This document shows, piece by piece, positions 53,973 through 63,696 of a stretch of DNA of 64,000 bases. Made by a program: the position numbers and the translations under genes. Below the pieces are notes generated by a model. That model did not search any database, was not told where the DNA came from, and saw nothing but the letters and a program-made list of their open reading frames with translations. Numbering within the stretch: position 1 is the stretch's first letter; each line of letters begins with the position of its first letter. This DNA comes from a virus: IMG/VR virus record IMGVR_UViG_3300012953_000020, positions 26,911 to 90,910 of that record; one strand, given 5' to 3'.

Positions 53973-54701
53973 TTAAAAAATATCTATGATCCTCTTGTCA
54001 TGCACTATATCCCTATAATGCTTTCTTATAGAAGACATCGCAACAGAAAGTTTCTTGGGAGTCAGTCCCGAAATCTCTCGTACGTATACGTATATGGCTC
54101 TTTTATTCAGAAAGTCTAGTTGATCAATTTTCTCAAAAACAGTAATTATAGCGTTTATGCAAAGTTTTTCATTCTCTTTAGAAACGCGAGTCTTAATAAT
54201 CTCTAGAACCTTGACAATCTCATTTTTTCTATTGGCTTTAATGATGATATTGTCTGGTGAGTCAACAATCTGTGAGTATGCTATTGAACTCTTGTCTTTC
54301 TTGGACAGCGACTCCATATCAGATAAGCTAACGTTTCTTATTACGTTTTTTCTATGTTGACGTGAATTGATTATTAGCCAGTTTTTTGCGACAACGTTAA
54401 AATAAGAAAACGCCTTTGTGCCTCTAGACTCATCCCACTTATGTATAGTCTCGTAAAGAAATGACACACAGTCAGTCTTTATGTTCTCTATCTGATCTGA
54501 GCCGGCTCTAAATCCGTATACGAATATTAGACTTTCTGCTAGTTTTTCAAAGGCGGGGTGAATTTTATCGTTATAAAGCTTTTCCCTATTTTTTTCGCAC
54601 TCCATATCTTGAAACTCGACTATTGAAGCTTGAGTCTCTTTGTTGAAGTACATATTTCTTTTCTGCTTAGGGTTCCTTCTAATCTTTCTTTTCTTCTTCA
54701 A
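53973..54701 (-). CDS. Phage-encoded sigma factor, probably for late transcription (gp55-like); likely start is TTG at 54701 rather than 54782
   Basis: FLYETIHKWDESRGTKAFSYFNVVAKNWL matches sigma70 region 2.2-2.4 (KFD..RG.KFSTYA..WI). An in-frame TTG with GGAG 9 nt upstream removes most of the overlap with the upstream gene. Confidence 0.7.
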   Translation of the reverse strand: MKKKRKIRRNPKQKRNMYFNKETQASIVEFQDMECEKNREKLYNDKIHPAFEKLAESLIFVYGFRAGSDQIENIKTDCVSFLYETIHKWDESRGTKAFSYFNVVAKNWLIINSRQHRKNVIRNVSLSDMESLSKKDKSSIAYSQIVDSPDNIIIKANRKNEIVKVLEIIKTRVSKENEKLCINAIITVFEKIDQLDFLNKRAIYVYVREISGLTPKKLSVAMSSIRKHYRDIVHDKRIIDIF

Positions 54702-55002
54702 GATAAGTTTCTCCAAACTTTTTAGAAGAAACGTTTTTGGATAAAGCGTTTGCGACTTGCAATATAGACTCCCTACACTCATCGATATCTGAATGTACTT
54801 GTCTTACTTCATTGCTATCATAGAATAAGGGTATCTCTAGAATTCTCGATATTGATTCTTGTCTAGCGTCTAAAGTTCCCAAGCTTTCCTCTAAAGCGTC
54901 TTCTATTTTTAATAATAACAGCGCAAACTTTACCATAAAAAAACTAGAAAAACATAAAAGAAGTGCCAGTGCGCTTATGATAATGATAGCGGTAATACTC
55001 AT
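54679..55002 (-). CDS. Membrane-anchored coiled-coil hypothetical protein (107 aa)
   Basis: N-terminal hydrophobic stretch (IIIISALALLLCFSSFF) followed by an acidic coiled coil; ATGA overlap with the upstream gene. Confidence 0.8.
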   Translation of the reverse strand: MSITAIIIISALALLLCFSSFFMVKFALLLLKIEDALEESLGTLDARQESISRILEIPLFYDSNEVRQVHSDIDECRESILQVANALSKNVSSKKFGETYLEEEKKD

Positions 55003-56159
55003 GTTAATATATCACCCAAAGCATCATCGTAAATCTTGTACACAGATTCCGGATTTAGATTGTCAGCTAATGTCTTTGCTCCGGCTTTTGCCCACTCAAC
55101 AGGTATGCTGTAAGAATCCTTAATTTTCTTTAGTCTCTTTTTCACGTCTTGCTCTATTGGTTGAGCCCAACGGCTACCCTTCACAAATATAGAGCCATCT
55201 ATTCTACTCTCATGAACATCGACTAAATCATACTCAAAAGCCGAGAACTTTATGTTTCTCAAGAAGTCCATGTGCCCTGACCATTTTGTAGCTAGGACCG
55301 GTAAGCCTGAGGCGGCAGCTTCTAAAATCGGTAACCCATAACCTTCTCCTCTTGTAAAGGAAACCAAAGCGTTAATGTTTGGACTTCTGTAGAATGATGA
55401 AACCTCGTCATTTGTCATCAAGCCATGAGACAAGTAAAATCTAGGATATTCGCCATGCCTAACTTCACTTATCACTTTTCTTAACAGATTAACAGTGTTT
55501 GCTCTGTCTATTGTTGTCATTCTACCTAGACCGGTTTTAATCACGATACCAACTTCTTGATCATCCCCGAATGTCTCGCATAACCACTTTATGCCATAAA
55601 AAGTATTTTTTCTATCAGACTCTATATTTTGCCCTGTGACTAAACCAAACATTAGAAAATTAAAACTGGTCTTTACGTCTAGACTCATTGGCTCAAGCTT
55701 TTTTTCTAAAATTTCAGGGATTATATATTCAGGCACCACATGTATTTTTGTCTTTACATCACCTGATCTTTCAAACGTCTTCTTTGTATGTTCAGAAGGA
55801 ACGATAACCAAGTCCATCTTGTTGATGTTCTCAACCCATTCTTCAGAACACTTATCTGCCTCAACTCCCGCGGTGACTCCAACGTTAAATCTTGCCGCTT
55901 CAGGTTCCCACTCGTTAGGTAGCTGGATCTGAAAGGAAACATCAAAAACTTTTTCGTTCGGCGCGCTGGTACTTATTATTCTAGAAATTAGCCCATTTTC
56001 GTAGTCACCGTTCATATAGAAGGTGCAAATGCCCCATGGGGTAACTTGAGACGTAATATCACAGTCACCTCTTTGCTCAATATAACTGAATATTTGTCTA
56101 GCGTGTACACCGTATCCGGCTGAATTTAATAAAGGTCCTCTAATCAAAACTTTCTTCAT
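54999..56159 (-). CDS. Glycosyltransferase, GT-B fold / GT4-like (386 aa)
   Basis: N-terminal SAGYGVHAR; C-terminal DRKN and GEGYGLPILEAAASGLPVLAT (E-X7-E). Confidence 0.9.
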   Translation of the reverse strand: MKKVLIRGPLLNSAGYGVHARQIFSYIEQRGDCDITSQVTPWGICTFYMNGDYENGLISRIISTSAPNEKVFDVSFQIQLPNEWEPEAARFNVGVTAGVEADKCSEEWVENINKMDLVIVPSEHTKKTFERSGDVKTKIHVVPEYIIPEILEKKLEPMSLDVKTSFNFLMFGLVTGQNIESDRKNTFYGIKWLCETFGDDQEVGIVIKTGLGRMTTIDRANTVNLLRKVISEVRHGEYPRFYLSHGLMTNDEVSSFYRSPNINALVSFTRGEGYGLPILEAAASGLPVLATKWSGHMDFLRNIKFSAFEYDLVDVHESRIDGSIFVKGSRWAQPIEQDVKKRLKKIKDSYSIPVEWAKAGAKTLADNLNPESVYKIYDDALGDILT

Positions 56160-57418
56160 AGCTCTATAAACTCAAATCGACTAGTTGTCGATTTGCCTTC
56201 TCTCCAATCATTGATGGTCTTTAGAAGCGTTCTGTCCCACTCATCGACTGTTTTCTGGTAGGAAAACTCAGACTTAGCATACGCTTCGCATTTCTTACTT
56301 AGGGCTTCTCTTTCTTCTTTTGGAGTGTTGTACATCTTTAAAATGGCTTTGGCTACAGAGTCATTTGAGACATAGTCTTCGTAAATGTATGGAACGTTTT
56401 GAGATCCAACTAAAGATCTAAACTCAACGTCTAAAGCAACACCATTTTCCGTGTCATCTCTATGATCTACAACCTGTCGCGTAAGACCCCCAGTTTTGAC
56501 GGCTATGATGGGCGTCCCCACTTGTAATGATTCTAGAGTGCCTAATCCAAAGCCTTCTGCATATGATATATTGATAGAGCAATCAGCGATGTTATGTAGA
56601 ACATTCATTTCACCGAACCCAACTCTTTCAGTAGAAAAGATTACATTATCTTCTATATCAAGCATTTTTGAAACCTCTATTAGGTCCGGGCCTTCCTGAT
56701 CATAAGGGTCAGTATGCATGATCAGTGTAGCCGGTTTTCGGCCATCGACTTTATCAACTTGCCTTAAAAAGACTTCCCAAGCCTCCAGCAAATCAGACGG
56801 TCTTTTCCTTTTAGCATTTCTATTAACCCAAAAAAGAATAAAGTCGTCAACCTTCTCGGAACCTAGCAAGCTTCTTCTGTGATTTTTTATCTGAGAGCTG
56901 TTAAGTCTATAGAACGCATCTTCAGGAATAGCATGTGGTATGAAGTTAGTCCTTTCAGGCCAATGCTCTTTAACTTGCTCGTATGTGTGGTGACTATGAC
57001 AATTAATCAGATCGGTAGCCTCGTAAAAATCATTATTAAAAGCAGGATATGGCTTATTATCCCAAACGTGCCAATATGCAATAGGACAAATTTGATGAAT
57101 CTCATCTTCCATTTGCCACAACCAAACAAAAAACCTAGGGTCTGTGAAAAGTAAGATGATATCAGGTTTTTCAGAAACCAGTAGGGCTCTTATCATTTCT
57201 GGGGTACCGAACCCATCAACAGGTTTAATCAAGAAGTCGTCGTTAACTCTAGACATAGCGTAGTCTTCATGCTGTATTGCAGCGCCTAGCTGTCTAATTG
57301 TCCAGTGACCCTTTTCTGTTAAGCCGTGGGCTAAGAACCTAGATTGTACCCCTACACCTGATGGACTTAACGCATGATCTGACAATAATAATATTTTATA
57401 CTTTTCCACTTTAATCAC
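56156..57418 (-). CDS. Glycosyltransferase, GT4-like (420 aa)
   Basis: PSGVG; VNRNAKRK; AEGFGLGTLESLQVGTPII (E-X7-E). Confidence 0.9.
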   Translation of the reverse strand: MIKVEKYKILLLSDHALSPSGVGVQSRFLAHGLTEKGHWTIRQLGAAIQHEDYAMSRVNDDFLIKPVDGFGTPEMIRALLVSEKPDIILLFTDPRFFVWLWQMEDEIHQICPIAYWHVWDNKPYPAFNNDFYEATDLINCHSHHTYEQVKEHWPERTNFIPHAIPEDAFYRLNSSQIKNHRRSLLGSEKVDDFILFWVNRNAKRKRPSDLLEAWEVFLRQVDKVDGRKPATLIMHTDPYDQEGPDLIEVSKMLDIEDNVIFSTERVGFGEMNVLHNIADCSINISYAEGFGLGTLESLQVGTPIIAVKTGGLTRQVVDHRDDTENGVALDVEFRSLVGSQNVPYIYEDYVSNDSVAKAILKMYNTPKEEREALSKKCEAYAKSEFSYQKTVDEWDRTLLKTINDWREGKSTTSRFEFIEL

Positions 57419-57427
57419 CTAAAAAAA

Positions 57428-58306
57428 TCAGCTACCGACGCAGTGCTGCGTTCCCTTATAATCACAAAAAAGACATGAGCTTCTATTTTTTAAAAAGAGG
57501 CCACGCTTCATAGAAAGAACCATACTTCTCAAAATCGATGTGCACTTCTCTTCTGCTTTGGGGCCCACTGATACTTTCACTAATTCGCATGTATTACCCT
57601 TAGGGGCACCGCGTTTTAATAGAACGAATCCGCACCTAACAGATTTTATATCAATATCTCTTTTTGTTCTCCAAAAATGCTTGTAAAGAGCTATTTGCGC
57701 CCAAGTCAAAATATCTCTTCTTTTACTAGCATACCAACCTTTATCACCGGCGGTTTTCCAGTCGATGACCCAATAAATGTCATTTCCTTTTTTATCTTTT
57801 GTCTTTATTAAAGCGTCAATGAAACCCTTGAAGTATGCATCGACCTCTGGGACATGCTCATAAAGCTGCTCTTCAGCTGCAACAACCTCATATTCGCCAA
57901 ACGTTTCTTTTAAAAAACCAGGGATTTCTTCAAGTGAGTTTTTGGCGTAATCAAGCCATTCGTCAATGTAGACATGTGACTTTGGCTTCCATCCTTGAGA
58001 CGCCCTATAATCTGCTTGAGACTTTATCCAAGAAGCGGAATCGAAGCCATGAGAATCCCACTCACTCTTAATCGCACTTAAGACATTGTCAATGTTCATT
58101 TCACCTGTTAGCAGAAAGTTTTCTATGCCATCGTGGACTGCGGTCCCGTATGAAAGGTACGGAGACGGCTCAAACATATCTATCTTATCTATGTAAGCTA
58201 GTTTATGACGCCACGGACATTCTTTCCAATTCCTGATTTCAGAATAAGACACATGCGGTTTGTGGTTGGGTAATACGGGTAATTCATTATTTCGATCTAT
58301 AGACAT
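57428..58306 (-). CDS. PD-(D/E)XK nuclease, RecB/Cas4-like with predicted Fe-S cluster (292 aa)
   Basis: SYSEI..WKECP, GTAVH, E, GFID...VIDWKT, Q..LY and C-terminal CLFC.....HC (four-Cys arrangement). Confidence 0.88.
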   Translation of the reverse strand: MSIDRNNELPVLPNHKPHVSYSEIRNWKECPWRHKLAYIDKIDMFEPSPYLSYGTAVHDGIENFLLTGEMNIDNVLSAIKSEWDSHGFDSASWIKSQADYRASQGWKPKSHVYIDEWLDYAKNSLEEIPGFLKETFGEYEVVAAEEQLYEHVPEVDAYFKGFIDALIKTKDKKGNDIYWVIDWKTAGDKGWYASKRRDILTWAQIALYKHFWRTKRDIDIKSVRCGFVLLKRGAPKGNTCELVKVSVGPKAEEKCTSILRSMVLSMKRGLFLKNRSSCLFCDYKGTQHCVGS

Positions 58307-58321
58307 TAATTAATTGTAATA

Positions 58322-59293
58322 CTACAATGAGCTTTTTACATACTTTAAGTCTTCATCATACATCATTTTAGCCAAGTCACTAAATGTAACATCAGGCTCC
58401 CAGCCTAAGACTCTTTTAGCTTTAGAAGAATCGCCTAAAAGAACAGGTACTTCGTGGGGCCTAAAGAGTCTAGGATCTATTTCTACGTGATCTTGTACTG
58501 ACAATCTAGCAATCTCAAAAACATTCTCCAACCACTCTTTGACGGTTCTAGAAACGCCTGTAGCAATTACGTAATCGTCAGGTTTTTCATGTTGCATCAT
58601 CATGTGCATTGCTTTCACATAATCACCCGCGAAGCCCCAGTCTCTTACTGCGTCTAAATTTCCTAGATGTAGTTTTTCTTGTATACCTAACTTGATGCGA
58701 GCCGCGGCTAATGTTATCTTTCTAGTAACAAAAGTCTCTCCCCTTCGAGGAGACTCATGATTAAACAGTATACCGCTACAAGCAAACACACCATAAGATT
58801 TTCGATAATTCCTAACTAGGTGGTGAGCGTATACTTTCGCGCATGCGTAAGGGCTGGCAGGGGAGAACCTAGTTAACTCATTTTGAGGAACCTGAGGGCT
58901 GTCGCCAAACATCTCCGAAGAACTTGCTTGATAGAACTTTATGTTCCTGTTAGTGTTTCTAATGGCTTCTAAAATATGTGTCACACCTGTGACGATTGTG
59001 TTTGTCGTTGACAAAGGAATATCGAAACTAACTCTTACGTGAGATTGCGCAGCGAGGTTGTATATTTCTTCGGGATCGTATTTGTTTATTAGGCGGTACA
59101 TCACACCGGGATCGTCCAGTTCAAAATACTCTAACACAAAATTTTCATGATTGAATATGTGATCTATTCTGTCTGTTGATATTATGCTGGTTCTTCTTTT
59201 TAGTCCTATTACCTTATATCCTACTTCCAGAAGATGTTGCGCTAGATATGAACCATCTTGTCCAGTGACACCTGTGATTAAAGCTGTTTTCAT
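58322..59293 (-). CDS. gmd: GDP-mannose 4,6-dehydratase
   Basis: ALITGVTGQDGSYLA, YNLAAQSHV.VSF, FYQASSSEMFG, SPYACAK, LFNHESPRRGETFVTRKI, RDWG. Confidence 0.97.
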   Translation of the reverse strand: MKTALITGVTGQDGSYLAQHLLEVGYKVIGLKRRTSIISTDRIDHIFNHENFVLEYFELDDPGVMYRLINKYDPEEIYNLAAQSHVRVSFDIPLSTTNTIVTGVTHILEAIRNTNRNIKFYQASSSEMFGDSPQVPQNELTRFSPASPYACAKVYAHHLVRNYRKSYGVFACSGILFNHESPRRGETFVTRKITLAAARIKLGIQEKLHLGNLDAVRDWGFAGDYVKAMHMMMQHEKPDDYVIATGVSRTVKEWLENVFEIARLSVQDHVEIDPRLFRPHEVPVLLGDSSKAKRVLGWEPDVTFSDLAKMMYDEDLKYVKSSL

Positions 59294-60237
59294 TGCATTC
59301 CTCTAACATTTGGATACTTTTTCTTAAACCACTCCACTGTCTTTTCCAGGCCATCGTTAATTCTAGTAAATGAATTAGTATTATAGCCTAGAACTTTTAG
59401 CTTTTCAGATGAAGAAGGCTTTCTGGTTTGACCATTCGGCTTAGAATTATCCCACTGTATATCTAGGTCTGCATCTAGAGTTTTACAAATCATTGAAGCT
59501 AATCTAGATATCGATATCTCCTCAAAAGTATTACCAACATTAATGATACCCTCTATAGTGTGATTCACCCTTAGTAGAAATCCTAAAACGTCTGGAAGAT
59601 CATTTGCAAAAGTAAACTCCCTTAAGGCGGTACCATTTCCCCAAAGCTTTACAGAGGATGAGTTGATGTGGGCTTCATAAAACTTTCTAATCATTGCCGG
59701 CACAACATGGGAATTATTTAGATCAAAATTATCGTTTATACCGTAAAGATTATTTGGGCATACACAGAAATATTGATATCCCTTTTCTTTATTGATTGCC
59801 CTAGAGTGTATATCTAGCATTCTTTTTGCATAGGCATAAGCAAAGTTAGACTTGTGAGGCTCGCCTTTGTGTATTTCAGATTCTCTAAGAGGATATCCTG
59901 AATTGTCTGGATATATGCAAGTTGAAAGAAACGAAATACATTTCTTTATACCAAACTTAGAGGCAGCATCCAAGGTATTGGTGTTTATTCTAGAATTTTT
60001 AGAGAAAAAATCAATTGGGTTCTCTATATTATCACTAATGCCACCAACTCGAGCAGCAGTATGAATAATAGCGTCGACTTCTAATTCAGAAAAATAATCA
60101 AAAGTTTGTTCCCTGTTACAGAGGTCGATGCCGCCGGTGGATGGGCCATCTAGCACCAGCCACTCAGTGCTCTTGTTAGTGGCGTTTTTAAATGCGGTGC
60201 CTACTAGCCCAGTACCACCGGTCACTAATACTCTCAT
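59290..60237 (-). CDS. fcl: GDP-L-fucose synthase (epimerase/reductase)
   Basis: VTGGTGLVG, AARVGGI..N, LSTCIYP, Y.YAKR, P.NLYG.NDNF...SHVVPAMIRK, WG.G...REF; adjacent to gmd. Confidence 0.93.
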   Translation of the reverse strand: MRVLVTGGTGLVGTAFKNATNKSTEWLVLDGPSTGGIDLCNREQTFDYFSELEVDAIIHTAARVGGISDNIENPIDFFSKNSRINTNTLDAASKFGIKKCISFLSTCIYPDNSGYPLRESEIHKGEPHKSNFAYAYAKRMLDIHSRAINKEKGYQYFCVCPNNLYGINDNFDLNNSHVVPAMIRKFYEAHINSSSVKLWGNGTALREFTFANDLPDVLGFLLRVNHTIEGIINVGNTFEEISISRLASMICKTLDADLDIQWDNSKPNGQTRKPSSSEKLKVLGYNTNSFTRINDGLEKTVEWFKKKYPNVRGMQ

Positions 60238-60899
60238 GTGTTCTTTCTTTCGTAAAGAATTTCCGCTAACCTAAAATCCTCTATAGTGTCTATGTCTGTA
60301 GACTCTAAATCAGACAAATTAAGTTGAAAAAAATGATTGCCTAATATACTCTTTCTAGCCTTCATTAAACCAGTAGGTATTATAGAAATAGCAAAATTTA
60401 AAGCAGAATAAACTTTTAACTCTTGAGATCTAGGGTGGGTTGATGGATCATAGTTGATAGCTACGTTCCCATCCCATAGATATTCTCTAATTTCTGTAAC
60501 AGTGGTTAACGAATCAAATTCTTTCGGAAGGCTATTGTAAAGAGAAATCGCCTTGTTGTAGCTTTCATCACTTACTAAAGGGTTGGTACAATTTGTATAA
60601 AGTATGTTTTCACAATCAAGATTTTGCTCAGCTAGATTTTCCCAAAAAAGATTAGCCAATATTTCACTAGAGGCAAAATAAGGATCTCTCTTTTGCGGGG
60701 TAACTCCCAAGCTGGCTGCTAAATCAAGCATCTCTTTTGAGTCAGAATTCACAACAATATCTGTAATATCTGGAATTCTTTTTAGTTGGCGCACTTTTAT
60801 TTCAAGTAACGAAGTTCCTGCAAATTTCCTTATATTCTTTTTCTTGACCCTTTGTGAACCTGATCTAACCGGAATGATGGCCTTTATTTCTCTACTCAT
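60234..60899 (-). CDS. Acylneuraminate/ulosonate cytidylyltransferase (NeuA/KdsB family)
   Basis: AIIPVRSGSQRVKKKNI..FAG..L, TNPL, DIDT.EDF..AE. Confidence 0.9.
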   Translation of the reverse strand: MSREIKAIIPVRSGSQRVKKKNIRKFAGTSLLEIKVRQLKRIPDITDIVVNSDSKEMLDLAASLGVTPQKRDPYFASSEILANLFWENLAEQNLDCENILYTNCTNPLVSDESYNKAISLYNSLPKEFDSLTTVTEIREYLWDGNVAINYDPSTHPRSQELKVYSALNFAISIIPTGLMKARKSILGNHFFQLNLSDLESTDIDTIEDFRLAEILYERKNT

Positions 60900-61719
60900 C
60901 AGTTAAACCCAAGGCTGTTTTGTAGCTCTCATACTTCTTGTCGCTTAAAAACTTCTTTAAAACTGGGTCTACTTTTATTCTATTATCAACTTCATACATT
61001 TTGTACTTGAAGTATTTAAATTGCGCGTCCGGATCATGAGTATCCGGACCATCTGAAGACTTGGTGATTTCATCGATTGAAGTGGCGTCCCAATGAGAAT
61101 TAACATAGTTTTTTCTGTATAGTGATCTATAGAAGTCTATTCCAGTCACATATATCTCTGAAACTGGTAACGACACTAAATCCAGTAATGCACAAAAGCC
61201 AGTGTTTGGTCTATTGGTAATTTTTCTTACGCTCATGTACGGTTCGTCAGGTATGATCCTGGTGTTCTTAAACTCAGAAATAATGTCAAAGTGTTTTTCA
61301 AATCGATCAAAAAACCACTCTGATCTAGGGTACGGGCAAACAACAATACCTAGCGCGCTTACAAACGTCTCATTTCTAATCTGTATATTAAGTGGATGCA
61401 ATATTGGTTTTCTTTCTCCGTCCTTAATTTCAATCGTATCGCCAGGTAAAATGTCATCTAACCCAAATGTGAATTCTATTTCCCCATTCTCATCAAATCC
61501 TATAGGCAAATCACAAGACATGTAGCATATATCAGTTCTTGATCCATAAAATTTTCTATGTGCGTCCGGTACATAGAAGGTCTTTATCCTAGCGATAATA
61601 TCATAACTGTCTAGCATGTCACCCTGTAGTATGCTAGAGGAAGCTGCTCCAGGACCAACTAGAGCAACTCTTTTTCCTTTCATAAAGTCTGCAAACTGAT
61701 TTTCATCTATGTAAGGCAT
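60892..61719 (-). CDS. GT29 (sialyltransferase)-like glycosyltransferase (275 aa)
   Basis: RVALVGPG......GDMLDSYDIIARI resembles sialylmotif L; PNTGF.ALLDL.......VTGIDFY resembles sialylmotif S; HDPDAQ resembles motif VS. Overlaps the cytidylyltransferase gene. Confidence 0.6.
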   Translation of the reverse strand: MPYIDENQFADFMKGKRVALVGPGAASSSILQGDMLDSYDIIARIKTFYVPDAHRKFYGSRTDICYMSCDLPIGFDENGEIEFTFGLDDILPGDTIEIKDGERKPILHPLNIQIRNETFVSALGIVVCPYPRSEWFFDRFEKHFDIISEFKNTRIIPDEPYMSVRKITNRPNTGFCALLDLVSLPVSEIYVTGIDFYRSLYRKNYVNSHWDATSIDEITKSSDGPDTHDPDAQFKYFKYKMYEVDNRIKVDPVLKKFLSDKKYESYKTALGLTDE

Positions 61720-62705
61720 TGTTCATCTTTCAATATGTCTTTCGCACGTAATGAACCCAGAGCTTGTGGCCATGTTTTGAACTTAATTGCTTTATCATCA
61801 ATGTAAGCTAGCGCTCTCGGTTTTTCACTAGTGACTTTACTAACAAATTTTGACATGCCATTTTTCTCTAACCATTCCCAAACTAGCCGGGTTCCTGTTT
61901 TTCCATTTACTAATCCGCGGTCTGGTTTCGCTTTGCAAGTGTAAACGATGACTGTATATTCTTTTGAAAGGGCTTCTAAAGCCTCATACGAACCTGCAAT
62001 TGGATCGTCATATATAGTACCGTCGAAATATCCCTTAGAGCATTTATGTATCACACCATCAAAGTCTACTCCGATATTAACGGCCTCATCCGGGTAGCTG
62101 TGTTTTCTTATTTTGCCACCCTTCCAATTTGACTTCGTTAATCCGTCTTGAAAGCTGTTGCTGATAGGTGGGCAGATGTTACCTGAGCCGTGTGTTAACT
62201 CGTATGTCAGCAATAAGGTTAAAACCTCAGCGGTATGATAGTACTCAGCGCCTAGAACTACTTTCACTAACCCTGGTATTTCTATAGGTATCTCTCTTGA
62301 AGTTATCATCGCGGTGTTCATGCCATGGTCTGATGACCATTGTAAGGCCTTTAAAACGTCTGTTGAATTGCCGGAAGAAGATATGCCTAATACTAACGAT
62401 TTCCTCATTTGGCTTTTGTTTCTAGTAGACGTACGTGACACCAACCATTGTACCATCCATTGTTCGAAACTAGAATCATTAATTAGAGAAGTCGCGACGA
62501 TTGAGCTACCTGGACACATAGCGTTTTTTGTACCGTTGGAAAGGCGAGTGATATCAACTGCAGCATGGTCTGCTATGGCTAAATTACCTCCGTGCCCTAA
62601 AACGTATATATCGTCAGAAGCGTTAAACTTAGCTTGAAGATCCTCCCACTCTCTAGAGTTTACAATTTTGACAAATTTTTCATCTAAATTTTCAAAGTTT
62701 AACAT
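61707..62705 (-). CDS. Fusion of an SIS (GmhA-like phosphosugar isomerase) domain and a HAD phosphatase domain (332 aa)
   Basis: IYVLGHGGNLAIADH and LGISSSGNS.DV (SIS); GVDFDGVIH...VYTC...KP...YIDDKA (HAD motifs I-IV). Confidence 0.82.
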   Translation of the reverse strand: MLNFENLDEKFVKIVNSREWEDLQAKFNASDDIYVLGHGGNLAIADHAAVDITRLSNGTKNAMCPGSSIVATSLINDSSFEQWMVQWLVSRTSTRNKSQMRKSLVLGISSSGNSTDVLKALQWSSDHGMNTAMITSREIPIEIPGLVKVVLGAEYYHTAEVLTLLLTYELTHGSGNICPPISNSFQDGLTKSNWKGGKIRKHSYPDEAVNIGVDFDGVIHKCSKGYFDGTIYDDPIAGSYEALEALSKEYTVIVYTCKAKPDRGLVNGKTGTRLVWEWLEKNGMSKFVSKVTSEKPRALAYIDDKAIKFKTWPQALGSLRAKDILKDEQCLT

Positions 62706-63696
62706 TTTCGCTGCTCACAAAAGGTTCAAAATTTCCAGCAACTTCGTACACTGCTTTTAGATAAACATTATTTGTAACACTCTCCCAGCCGTGATATTCT
62801 TTAGCATAGCTTAGTATCTCGCCCCTATTCGCAATTGAATATTCTCTGTTTCTCTTTATAACGGATTCTATATAGAGATTGTCTTCAATACGAGCTTCGG
62901 GGATAACATCAATAAAGCTCTTTTCTAAATCTAAGTTTGCAGCTGAGCACTCAGAAATCACAACACCTAAGCCGGCTGAAAATGCCTCTTGACAAACTGC
63001 GGGGTGGGCTTCTCCGTCTGAAAGTAATGCCAAGTTTGCATAATCAGTCAGCTCACTATACAGTTTTTCTCTACGCCACTCACCTAGCCACCTAGGGTTA
63101 TTCTTGTCAAAGCGATCATCAAAATGACCGCCGGCGAAATACATAGTTTCAATGTCTTGAAACATGTGTTGCCTTTTCCTAAAATCTATTTTTGCTAAAT
63201 AAAGTGTTCTGTTTGGGTACTTACATTCTGGGCTAAAATTATAAAGTTCGGTTCTTATGCTATTAGGGATTACCCATAGGCGGTCTTCATCAACTCCGGC
63301 TTTTAAATACATTTCTTTGATACCGCTAGACAAACAGAATATATTCGATCTCGAATTAACAAAACTCCAGAATATATCGCTATAACCTTTCGACCAACGG
63401 TCGGTTTGCTCAAGATAGCCATAATGACTAGTTACCGCAACATTCTTACATTGCAGGTGATCTGCAACCTGTGCATAGTCATCGTAGTGAATATGTACAA
63501 ATGTAGAGTTAGGTGATCTTTGTGTAAGAGCATTGGTAATTGCAACGATCTGGTTTATGTCTCGAGTATTCACAATGTCAACAGTGTGACCTAGCTCGCG
63601 CAAATTATTTCTGTAGTTGCCACAAACGTTTTCTACTCCACCCCAGCTCCTGGGAGGTATGGACATCATACCAGAACCGATTATTATAAAATGCAT
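62692..63696 (-). CDS. Glycosyltransferase, GT4-like (334 aa)
   Basis: IPP..WGGVE, AKID.RKRQ, SDGEAHPAVCQEAFSAGL.VV.S (E-X7-E). Confidence 0.85.
   Translation of the reverse strand: MHFIIIGSGMMSIPPRSWGGVENVCGNYRNNLRELGHTVDIVNTRDINQIVAITNALTQRSPNSTFVHIHYDDYAQVADHLQCKNVAVTSHYGYLEQTDRWSKGYSDIFWSFVNSRSNIFCLSSGIKEMYLKAGVDEDRLWVIPNSIRTELYNFSPECKYPNRTLYLAKIDFRKRQHMFQDIETMYFAGGHFDDRFDKNNPRWLGEWRREKLYSELTDYANLALLSDGEAHPAVCQEAFSAGLGVVISECSAANLDLEKSFIDVIPEARIEDNLYIESVIKRNREYSIANRGEILSYAKEYHGWESVTNNVYLKAVYEVAGNFEPFVSSENVKL

Noticed and set aside
54702-54782. N-terminal 27 aa of the 269-aa ORF
   Set aside because: Would overlap the upstream gene by 104 nt; an in-frame TTG at 54701 has a GGAG RBS.
57428-58306. 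CRISPR-Cas locus
   Set aside because: Only a solo Cas4-like nuclease; no repeat-spacer array or other cas genes seen.
9-62637. Numerous 60-165 aa plus-strand ORFs and short nested minus-strand ORFs in the track
   Set aside because: They lie antisense to, or inside, long minus-strand genes and have no recognisable motifs; they are shadow ORFs.
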